NCBI GenBank assembly: GCA_039630545.1
Contig: JBCNUU010000002.1
Coordinates: 127,994-191,993 of the forward strand
Length of the DNA stretch: 64,000 nucleotides
Source: Endomicrobiia bacterium
GTDB taxonomy: Bacteria; Elusimicrobiota; Endomicrobiia; DTEH01
Direction: 5' to 3'
Position 1 is the first letter of the stretch. The number at the start of each line of letters is the position of its first letter. Shown one piece after another: positions 56,100 through 64,000 of the stretch. The translations under genes and the position numbers were made by a program. The notes below the pieces were generated by a model that had not been told where the DNA came from, searched no databases, and saw nothing but the letters and a program-made list of their open reading frames with translations.

Positions 56100-58360
56100 C
56101 CTCCAGCTTAAAATATAAAAATTTTTATATAAAAGCTAAACCTGCAAGTAAAAAACAAATATGGATTATTTTATTGATTGTATTATTTAGTATGTTTCTT
56201 ATGTACTGTTTTGTTTTTCCTAAAAATGCAGGTATTTTGGGAATACAGATCAATAAGTTTTTTACTAATGTATTTGGAATAAGTAAATTTTTGCTGCCAT
56301 TAATTTTTTTATATTGGATATGGTATATTTTAAAATCAAAGAAAAAAAATTTTAAGTATGATATTTTTTTGACAGTTTTACTTATAATTTTACTAACTGG
56401 AATAATTAAAATATTTTTACTTTTGTTAAAAATTAAAGAAACAAATACATTAGCTGGGCAATTAGGCAATGTAGTTTTTGATATATCAGAAAGAATATTT
56501 GGAGAAATCTTTGGAAGTATAGTTTTAATTGTTTTATTTTTATATGGAATAACTTCTTTGTTTGAAATTTCTTTATATGATCTTCTTAACAGTGTATATA
56601 ATAGTATTGTAGTAGATATTCAAAATTGGAAAAAAGAGATTAAAAGTAAAAATATAACTGAAAGAGATTCTTCTTTATCTAGGTATGTTCAGCAAAGAGA
56701 AACAGTTGTAGCCCAACCGATAAACAAAACTTTAGACCAATCACTTTCTTCTTTTCAAGAGGTTGTTTCTTCTTTATCTATTAAACAACACAAACAGATT
56801 CCTAAATCCAAAATAAACACTATAAAAGAAGAAATATCTGATGAAGAAAAAAAAGTATCTCTAAAAGATAAAGAAATAAAACAAACTAAAAAAGAATACA
56901 TTCTTCCTGATATAGATCTTTTGACAATATATAAAAAGGAAATTTCACTTGATAAAAATAATTTATCTAAAGAAGCAGAAACTTTAGAAAAAGTACTTAA
57001 GGAATTTAATGTTAATGCTAAGGTTGTGGATGTTTCATGTGGACCGGTTGTGACAATGTATGAACTTCAACTTGAGCCTGGTATAAAGGTTCAATCTGTA
57101 AGTGCTTTAAGAGACAACATAGCCCTTGCTATGAAAGCTTCCAGTATAAGGGTGATAGCACCTTTACCTGGTAAAGGCACAATAGGCATAGAAATACCTA
57201 ACAAAAAACCAGAAATAGTTTCAATAAGAGAGGTGTTAGAAAGTAAAGAATACCAGACAAGTATGAAAGAAATGAAACTACCTATTGCTTTAGGTAAAAC
57301 TACAGATGGGAAAGTATATGTAGATGATATTGTGCCGATGCCACATATTCTTATTGCAGGTTCTACAGGTTCTGGTAAAAGTGTTTGCATTCATGCAATG
57401 ATAATTTCGTTGTTATATTCCTGTAAACCTGATTATTTAAAATTAGTTTTAATAGATCCTAAGCGTTTAGAACTAATGCATTATAATGGAATTCCACATT
57501 TATACAATCCAAATTGTTCTGCTGATGAAGTAAAAGTAATCACTTCTTCAAAAGAAGCTTCAAAAGTATTAAGTTCTCTTGTAAAAATTATGGATTTCAG
57601 GTATGAAAAATTTGCTTCTTATAATGTAAGAAATATAGATGGCTACAATGAACTAATGCTTAATCAACGAAAACCCATAGAACCTTATATAGTAGTAATA
57701 ATAGATGAATTTGCAGATCTTATGCTTACTTCTGCTAAAGAAGTCGAAGATTCAATTCAAAGATTAGCTCAAATGGCAAGAGCGGTGGGAATTCATCTTG
57801 TATTAGCTACTCAAAGACCTTCTGTAGATGTAATAACAGGAGTTATTAAAGCAAATTTTTCTTGCAGAATAGCTTTTCAGGTATTATCAAAAACAGATTC
57901 AAGAGTAATTCTTGATTCCGCTGGTGCAGAAGAACTTTTAGGAAGAGGAGATATGTTATACTTACCGACAGGCGCACCTAAACCTATAAGACTACAGGGA
58001 GCATATGTTTCTGAAAAAGACATTGAAAATGTAGTTAACTTTATTACTTCACAGGGAATTAAACCAGAGTATGAAGCAATTGTTAAACCTCATTCTCCGG
58101 CTAAAATTCTTAAAGAAAGAGAAACACAACAAATAGAAGATCTGTATGCTGCTTTAATTTTAATAAGAGATAGAAAACGAGTTTCTCAAGATTTGTTGAA
58201 AGCATATTTCAGATCTTCTGCAAAAGCAACCGACATATTAAGTTTATTAGAAGTAAAAGGTTTTATTTATAAGCCAGAAGGTACAAACAGGTGGAACATA
58301 AATTTTGATAGAGTTGAAGAGGCTATCAACGAGTATGAAAAAAATAAAAACATTTCTTAA
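56096..58360 (+). CDS. ftsK: DNA translocase FtsK
   Basis: N-terminal TMs; motifs MPHILIAGSTGSGKSV, LIDPK, IIDEFADLM, LATQRPSVDVITG and GAEELLGRGDML. Confidence 0.96.
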   Translation: MTSSLKYKNFYIKAKPASKKQIWIILLIVLFSMFLMYCFVFPKNAGILGIQINKFFTNVFGISKFLLPLIFLYWIWYILKSKKKNFKYDIFLTVLLIILLTGIIKIFLLLLKIKETNTLAGQLGNVVFDISERIFGEIFGSIVLIVLFLYGITSLFEISLYDLLNSVYNSIVVDIQNWKKEIKSKNITERDSSLSRYVQQRETVVAQPINKTLDQSLSSFQEVVSSLSIKQHKQIPKSKINTIKEEISDEEKKVSLKDKEIKQTKKEYILPDIDLLTIYKKEISLDKNNLSKEAETLEKVLKEFNVNAKVVDVSCGPVVTMYELQLEPGIKVQSVSALRDNIALAMKASSIRVIAPLPGKGTIGIEIPNKKPEIVSIREVLESKEYQTSMKEMKLPIALGKTTDGKVYVDDIVPMPHILIAGSTGSGKSVCIHAMIISLLYSCKPDYLKLVLIDPKRLELMHYNGIPHLYNPNCSADEVKVITSSKEASKVLSSLVKIMDFRYEKFASYNVRNIDGYNELMLNQRKPIEPYIVVIIDEFADLMLTSAKEVEDSIQRLAQMARAVGIHLVLATQRPSVDVITGVIKANFSCRIAFQVLSKTDSRVILDSAGAEELLGRGDMLYLPTGAPKPIRLQGAYVSEKDIENVVNFITSQGIKPEYEAIVKPHSPAKILKERETQQIEDLYAALILIRDRKRVSQDLLKAYFRSSAKATDILSLLEVKGFIYKPEGTNRWNINFDRVEEAINEYEKNKNIS

Positions 58361-59006
58361 ATTTTCAGTTATATTTTTAGGAAATTTTTTATTTTCAATT
58401 GAATTTAAACAGTTGATAGAAAAAATTAAACAAAAAGAAAATCAAATAGAAACTATTAAAATGCACTACACACAAGTTATAAATTTTGTTGATCTTAAAG
58501 AAACCTATGAGATAAAAGCAAAATTTTTATATGCTCGTCCAGATAAAATAAAAATAGAAATTTCTGCTCCAATAAAACAGATTGTTGTGGCTGATTCAGA
58601 TATGATATATGTAAAAGATTTAACTAATGATATTATTTATCAATTTAATTCTAAAAAATACTTTGAGAAAGAACACAATTATTTACCACTAATTTTTTCG
58701 AAAAAAAATATGAGATATGAAGTAACAGAATTTTTAAAGAAAATGGGGGTTAAATTAATTAAAGAAGAGAATAAATATTATGTACTATCAACAAAATTTG
58801 AGAAAAAAAATGATAATGTTACCAAACAAACAAGATTTGTAATTTGGATTAATAAAGAAACACTTTTTCCAGAAAAAATATATATGACCTCGCCTAAATA
58901 CATAATTGAAACAGAATTTTCAAGTTATGAAGTTAATTTTGAATATTCTTTGGAAGATTTTGAGATAGAAAAAACCACAAACACTAAAATTGTAGAGATT
59001 AGATAA
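58335..59006 (+). CDS. LolA-family outer-membrane lipoprotein carrier
   Basis: Signal peptide, FLYARPDKIKIE...QIVVAD, and ftsK-lolA synteny. ATG at 58335. Confidence 0.75.
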   Translation: MKKIKTFLKFSVIFLGNFLFSIEFKQLIEKIKQKENQIETIKMHYTQVINFVDLKETYEIKAKFLYARPDKIKIEISAPIKQIVVADSDMIYVKDLTNDIIYQFNSKKYFEKEHNYLPLIFSKKNMRYEVTEFLKKMGVKLIKEENKYYVLSTKFEKKNDNVTKQTRFVIWINKETLFPEKIYMTSPKYIIETEFSSYEVNFEYSLEDFEIEKTTNTKIVEIR

Positions 59007-59015
59007 ATTTTAAAT

Positions 59016-59588
59016 ATGAATATAGCTACGAAAATTACTTTATTTAGAATTCTATTAGTTCCATTATTTTTAATTTTCATTTTAATAGATACAATTTTCA
59101 CACGTATTTTAGCACTTTTAGTATTTATTTTTGGTGGTATAACAGACACAATTGATGGAATGATTGCAAGAAAAAAAAACATGATTACTAAAATTGGTAG
59201 TAGTCTGGATCCTCTGGCAGATAAATTGCTAATAACCACAGCTCTTATTAGTTTTTTGAGTTTTAAAGAATTAGAAATTCCATCATGGACAGTAATAGTG
59301 ATAGTAGTGAGAGACTATATAATTACCTGGGTAAGAAGTATAGAGTTAAAAACATCAATGCCAGCTGATAAAATGGCTAAATTTAAGACCTTTTTACAGA
59401 ATATAGCTGTGATATCTATTCTTTTAATTCTTATCTTTAAAGACTATATGTTATATTTTAATAGTTATGTGCTAAGAATATATCCCAAGATTATTATGAT
59501 TTTAGTATCTTTTTTTACTTTAGTTTCAGGGTTAATTTATTTGATAAAATATAAAAAAATAATAGAGGAACATTTTAATAAAAGTTGA
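59016..59588 (+). CDS. pgsA: CDP-diacylglycerol--glycerol-3-phosphate 3-phosphatidyltransferase
   Basis: Motifs ITLFRI and TDTIDGMIARK...G..LDPLADKLL. Confidence 0.93.
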   Translation: MNIATKITLFRILLVPLFLIFILIDTIFTRILALLVFIFGGITDTIDGMIARKKNMITKIGSSLDPLADKLLITTALISFLSFKELEIPSWTVIVIVVRDYIITWVRSIELKTSMPADKMAKFKTFLQNIAVISILLILIFKDYMLYFNSYVLRIYPKIIMILVSFFTLVSGLIYLIKYKKIIEEHFNKS

Positions 59589-60031
59589 AAAACTTGTTTA
59601 TAGAAATTTTATCCAGTTTTTTTTATATAGGATACTTACCTGCATCCGGGACTTTTGCTACGGTAGCTAGTTTTTTTTTAGTAGTATTACTTTATCAATT
59701 AAATATTTTTTTTAGAATATTTATAATTTTATTCTTTATAATTTCAGGAATATACTTTAGTGGTTCGGCTGAAAGTATTTTTAAAAATAAAGATGACAAA
59801 AGAATAGTAATAGATGAAATTGTTGGATTTTTAATTGCAATGTTAGGTTTTTATCCTACCTTTTTAAATTTAATTTTATGTTTTTTACTTTTTAGATTTT
59901 TTGATATTTCAAAATTTTTTGTTTTAAATAAATTGCAAAAGCTTCCATATGGTGTAGGAATTATGTTTGATGATATATTAGCTGGTTTTTTTGCAAATGT
60001 TATTTTAAAATTTATCCTCTTCTTTTTTTAA
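59585..60031 (+). CDS. pgpA: Phosphatidylglycerophosphatase A
   Basis: Motifs ASGTFAT, IVIDEIVG, LFRFFDI and GIMFDDILAG; TTG start overlapping the pgsA stop. Confidence 0.93.
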   Translation: MKNLFIEILSSFFYIGYLPASGTFATVASFFLVVLLYQLNIFFRIFIILFFIISGIYFSGSAESIFKNKDDKRIVIDEIVGFLIAMLGFYPTFLNLILCFLLFRFFDISKFFVLNKLQKLPYGVGIMFDDILAGFFANVILKFILFFF

Positions 60032-60040
60032 ATTCTTTTT

Positions 60041-61276
60041 ATGAACATTTCTTTAGCAATATATAACTTTATATTATTTTTTGCAATAGTAATTTTTTAT
60101 CCAGTTTTGTCTTTTTATTTAAAAACAAATATTTCAAAAAAATATCCGATATGGGTACACTGTGCTTCACTCGGTGAGGTAAAGATAGCACTAAGATTAG
60201 TAAACGCTTTGATGAATAAATTAAATCTAAAAAATTCTGATATTTTAATTACAACTACAACCATCTCGGCTAAAAATTTTGCTATTAATTTTCACAAAGA
60301 AGTTGCAATATTACCTTTGGACTTTTATTTTTTTGTAAAGAAAATTACCACTAAAGTCCAACCAAGAGTTTTTATACTTATAGAAACAGAAATCTGGCCT
60401 AATTATATCAATGTAATAAAAAAATTTGGAAGCAAAATATTTATTTTAAATGGAAGAGTTTCTAAAAAAACTTTTATTTTTTTGAAAATGTTTAACTTTA
60501 TGTTTAAAAACTTACTAAACAAAGTTGATCTTATTCTGGTTAGAGAGAAAATTGATTATATAAGATTTAAAAATATAGGAATAGCCGAAGAAAAAATTAA
60601 GATTACAGGTAACATGAAATACGATGATTTGGATTCTTTTGAAATAAATGTCAAAAAAGAAGATTTTTCTTTTAATAGTGAAGATTTTGTTATTACATTT
60701 GGCAGTATAAGGGAAGGGGAGGAAAAAGAGATTATAAAGTTTATAAAAAAATTTAAAGAAGAAAATAATTTAAAATTCATATTAGCTCCGCGACATTTAA
60801 ATTTAGTAAAAAAAATATGTAAAATTTTAAATAAACAAAAAATTTCATACAAGCTAAGAACAAACTCTGATAGACTCAATTTCAAGTGTTTAGTAGTAAA
60901 TACCCATGGAGAGTTAAAAAAATTCTACAAAATTTCAGATCTGGTATTTGTATGTGGTAGTATTCTGCCTTATGGCGGACAGAATTTCTTAGAAGCAGCT
61001 TCTTTAGGAAAAACAGTTGTGTTAGGACCGTATGTTTTTAATTTTTTAGAACCTGCAAAATTATTTTTATCAAATCAAGCTGTGATTCAAGTAAGTAATC
61101 TGGTTGAGTTTTATTCTGTAGTAAAGGATGCCTTAAACTTTCCTCAAAAATATCTGAAAATTGGTCTGAGGGCAAAAGAACTTATTCAAAAATTAAAAGG
61201 AGTTACAGAAAAAAACATACAACTAATTGAGCCTTATTTAATTTCATCTCTTTATGAAAAAAATTTTAATAATTAA
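60041..61276 (+). CDS. waaA: Kdo transferase
   Basis: Motifs IWVHCASLGE, LPLD, ETEIWPN, TGNMKYD, LAPRH and GGQNFLEAA. Confidence 0.94.
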   Translation: MNISLAIYNFILFFAIVIFYPVLSFYLKTNISKKYPIWVHCASLGEVKIALRLVNALMNKLNLKNSDILITTTTISAKNFAINFHKEVAILPLDFYFFVKKITTKVQPRVFILIETEIWPNYINVIKKFGSKIFILNGRVSKKTFIFLKMFNFMFKNLLNKVDLILVREKIDYIRFKNIGIAEEKIKITGNMKYDDLDSFEINVKKEDFSFNSEDFVITFGSIREGEEKEIIKFIKKFKEENNLKFILAPRHLNLVKKICKILNKQKISYKLRTNSDRLNFKCLVVNTHGELKKFYKISDLVFVCGSILPYGGQNFLEAASLGKTVVLGPYVFNFLEPAKLFLSNQAVIQVSNLVEFYSVVKDALNFPQKYLKIGLRAKELIQKLKGVTEKNIQLIEPYLISSLYEKNFNN

Positions 61277-62282
61277 ACCATCAGGTATAGGTGATATAGT
61301 CCATTCTTTACCTGTAGCTATTGGTATTAAATATCTTTATCCGGAATGCAAAATTCATTGGGTAGTGTTTGACAAATTTGAAGAAATTTTGTATGGGTTT
61401 CCTTTTGTTGATAAAGTTATTAGTTGGCGATACAGTGGAGGTATAAAAGAATATTTAAGTTTAATTTCAAAACTAAAAAATGAAAACTATGATTTAATAA
61501 TAGATCTTCAAGTTCTTTTAAGAACCGCATTACTTGGATTTTTAATAAAATATAAGAAAGTAATTTCAACAAGTTTCGTAAGAGAACTTACTTACCCATT
61601 TGTAAAACCTGTTGCCAAATTTAATAAGGAACTCCATGCTGTAGAAAGAAATTATCAAGTTGTAGAGTTTTTAGCAAAAAAAGAAAAAAAGAATGTACCT
61701 TTTCCTTTGGAGTTACTGCCATGGATAAAAGTCAGTTTATCTTTACAAGAAAAAGCTAAAAAATTTCTGGATTTTGAAGATAAAAAAAAATATGTTTTAG
61801 TTTCAATTGGTAGTAGAGGACTTCATAAAATCTGGCCAGTTAGAAACTTTTTGAAGTTGATAAATATTTTATTTCAATATTTAAATAATATAACTTTTGT
61901 TTTTGCTGGTTCAGCAAATGAAAACGTACTTTTTGAATTGATAAAAAATGAATTGAAAGCTGAATATAAAAACTTAATAGGTAAAATTGGATTAAAAGAT
62001 TTACCTGCACTGGTTAGTTTATGTGATTTTACAATTAGTAACGACAATGGTATAGCACATATTTCTGCTGCTTTAGATAAACCTACACTAGTATTATTTG
62101 GTCCATCTAATCCTAAATGGTTTTATCCATATAACAAAAAATCTGGATATATATATAAATCTTTAAAATGTTCTCCATGTGGAATAAAAACATTTTGTGA
62201 AGACAACAAGTGTATGAAAGAAATTTCTGTAGAAGAGGTTTTTGATTTTATAATTAAAAATTTTTCAAAATACCTCATATGA
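61254..62282 (+). CDS. GT9 heptosyltransferase (WaaC-like)
   Basis: Motifs IIKPSGIGDIVH, IDLQ, HAVER and SNDNGIAHISAA...LFGPS. Confidence 0.88.
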   Translation: MKKILIIKPSGIGDIVHSLPVAIGIKYLYPECKIHWVVFDKFEEILYGFPFVDKVISWRYSGGIKEYLSLISKLKNENYDLIIDLQVLLRTALLGFLIKYKKVISTSFVRELTYPFVKPVAKFNKELHAVERNYQVVEFLAKKEKKNVPFPLELLPWIKVSLSLQEKAKKFLDFEDKKKYVLVSIGSRGLHKIWPVRNFLKLINILFQYLNNITFVFAGSANENVLFELIKNELKAEYKNLIGKIGLKDLPALVSLCDFTISNDNGIAHISAALDKPTLVLFGPSNPKWFYPYNKKSGYIYKSLKCSPCGIKTFCEDNKCMKEISVEEVFDFIIKNFSKYLI

Positions 62283-63307
62283 AAATTGTATGTTTTTTAC
62301 CCAACTATATTGGTGATGTTTTAATGACTACCCCGGCAATAAGAGTATTAAAAAACAAATTAAGAAATTTTGAATTTTATGTAGCGATAAAAAAAGAACT
62401 TTTTGAATTAGTAGATGGCAACCCTAATGTAGATAAGATAATTTTTAAAGATAGCAGAGTTAACTTAATAAAAAATGTTGCGAAAACGAAGCCTTATTGT
62501 ATAGTTCTTTTTAGAACAACATTTTTTAATTCTTTAATAAGTTTTTTATTAAAACCAAAATTTTCTGTTGGAACGAATGAAGAGTTTAGTAAGTTATTTT
62601 TGAAAAAGACAATAAATAAAAATTTGGATATTTCATATAGAGAGTTAGTTATGAAAATAGCTGAAAAAGTTTTAGATTATTTTAGCTTAAACAAAAATGA
62701 TATATTTTTAGAGATAAAAAAACTGGATTTTTGTGGATATGAAACTGAGGATGTTAAAAAAAATGTTATAAATAAATTAAAAGAAAGAGGACTTGTCAAC
62801 TCTAAGTTAATAGTTTTATCTCCATGCGCTACTAGGAAAACAAAAATGCTTACTGAAAACCAATATGTAGAGTTGATAAATGGTATACTAAAGAATCTGC
62901 CAGAGGGATATGTTATTGTTTTAACAGGTTCTCAGAAAGATGAATTTTTTATTGGTAAAATAGCAATAAAAATAAACGATAAAAGATTAAGAAATTTTTG
63001 TGGAATTTTTAACTTGAAAGAGTTAGCATATTTTTTCAAAATTTCTAGTTTAGTAATTTCTCCAGATAGTGGACCTGCGTATATTTCCGAGGCAGTTGGT
63101 ACAAAGACGATCATATTTTTTACATCCACCTCTCCTTATAAATATGGTCCTTATCCAGATAATGTTGAGGTTTTATACAATTCGATTAATTGTAGTCCAT
63201 GTTATAAAGAAACTTGTAGTAATTTTTTGTGTATTAAAGAATTTGATATAGAAAAATTGGTAGAAAAGATTTTTTTTATTTTAAAAAATGAAAAAAATTC
63301 TGATTAG
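62279..63307 (+). CDS. GT9 heptosyltransferase (WaaF-like)
   Basis: Motifs PNYIGDVLMTTPA, DSGPAY and CSPC...C. Confidence 0.86.
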   Translation: MKIVCFLPNYIGDVLMTTPAIRVLKNKLRNFEFYVAIKKELFELVDGNPNVDKIIFKDSRVNLIKNVAKTKPYCIVLFRTTFFNSLISFLLKPKFSVGTNEEFSKLFLKKTINKNLDISYRELVMKIAEKVLDYFSLNKNDIFLEIKKLDFCGYETEDVKKNVINKLKERGLVNSKLIVLSPCATRKTKMLTENQYVELINGILKNLPEGYVIVLTGSQKDEFFIGKIAIKINDKRLRNFCGIFNLKELAYFFKISSLVISPDSGPAYISEAVGTKTIIFFTSTSPYKYGPYPDNVEVLYNSINCSPCYKETCSNFLCIKEFDIEKLVEKIFFILKNEKNSD

Positions 63308-64000
63308 AGGTCCAGATACAATTGGAAGTTTTATTCTGGCAACACCTTTTTATAGAGAGCTAAGAAATAATCTACCTAATGACTATATTGCTTTATGTGT
63401 TAAACCATTAGTTTATGACTTAGCTAAAAACTGTCCATATGTGGATAAGGTGATACTTTATGAAAAAAATATACTTAGAAATTTAAACAACATTAAAAAT
63501 GAAAAATTTGATGAAGCTTATCTTTTATCAGGTAGTTTTGAATCAGCTTTAGTAAGTTTTTTAGCAGGAATAAAAGAAAGGATAGGATATCCTCATGATC
63601 ATAGAGGAATATTTTTGACAAAAAAGATTGTTGATTTAAACACTCAACACTATATAGACTATACTCTTCATATTTTAGAATCTGTTGGGTTTTTGATCAA
63701 GAACAAAGAACCCGAAATATACATTAAAGATTACAATTCTGGTATATTCGCTAAATACAAAAATTTTTTTGAAAGCAATTCTAAAGTAGTAGGAATTACT
63801 TATACTTCTATTGCTAATGATGCAAGAAAATGGCCTGTAGAATATGTAATAGATTTGTCATATAAACTTATAGAAAAAGGTTACAAAGTGATTCTGCTTG
63901 GGAAAAACCAATCCCATTTAGGACTCAAGATTGAGAATGAGAATTTTTTGGATTTAATAAACAAAACTACAATTTTTGATTTTATTTATCTTCTTAGAAA
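63288..64000 (+). CDS. GT9 family protein, cut by the window end (absent from the ORF track)
   Basis: ATG at 63288 gives MKKILIRGPDTIGSFILATPFYRELRNNLP...CPYVDKVILYE..., later ERIGY and RKWP. Confidence 0.85.
   Translation, partial: MKKILIRGPDTIGSFILATPFYRELRNNLPNDYIALCVKPLVYDLAKNCPYVDKVILYEKNILRNLNNIKNEKFDEAYLLSGSFESALVSFLAGIKERIGYPHDHRGIFLTKKIVDLNTQHYIDYTLHILESVGFLIKNKEPEIYIKDYNSGIFAKYKNFFESNSKVVGITYTSIANDARKWPVEYVIDLSYKLIEKGYKVILLGKNQSHLGLKIENENFLDLINKTTIFDFIYLLR

Noticed and set aside
3532..63251. About 35 short track ORFs (60-145 aa) antisense to or nested in long genes
   Set aside because: They are shadows of well-supported genes, with low-complexity F/S/I/L composition and no motifs.
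1..64000. CRISPR array, rRNA, IS elements
   Set aside because: No regularly spaced repeats, long GC-rich non-coding tracts or transposase ORFs; all intergenic gaps are under about 240 nt.

Overview
This is a very AT-rich, densely coding chromosomal segment from a diderm (LPS-making) bacterium. Almost everything is on the + strand, apart from one five-gene minus-strand block at 10.9-14.7 kb. The gene content is compatible with Elusimicrobiota, which is an inference only. In order it carries: an envelope/housekeeping block (serine hydrolase, uppP, M50 protease, trpS, scpA); a surface-glycan cluster containing a B12-radical SAM enzyme and a decayed second copy; an ldcA-spmA-spmB-Ntn hydrolase block; rplU-rpsA; a comM...dprA-topA-xerC block containing a GT2/GT-C/PAP2 triple fusion; an 816-aa coiled-coil protein; polA-coaE; a cobalamin-riboswitch-led B12 uptake/salvage operon that includes a Dph6-like PP-loop ATPase; a ~2384-codon surface protein with a T9SS-like C-terminal domain next to a PorV-like/TPR partner; lpxD, tRNA-Val(CAC), rpsO, pnp, accB, ftsK, lolA-like, pgsA, pgpA, waaA; and three GT9 genes. 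The surface protein is split by one in-frame TAG and its partner by an (AT)n frameshift. No CRISPR array, rRNA, transposase or prophage was seen. The best leads are the doubly interrupted T9SS-like cargo/PorV pair, the triple-fusion lipid-glycosylation enzyme, the putative muropeptide-recycling block and the Dph6-like B12 gene. Family assignments come from motif recognition by eye, with no database searches.
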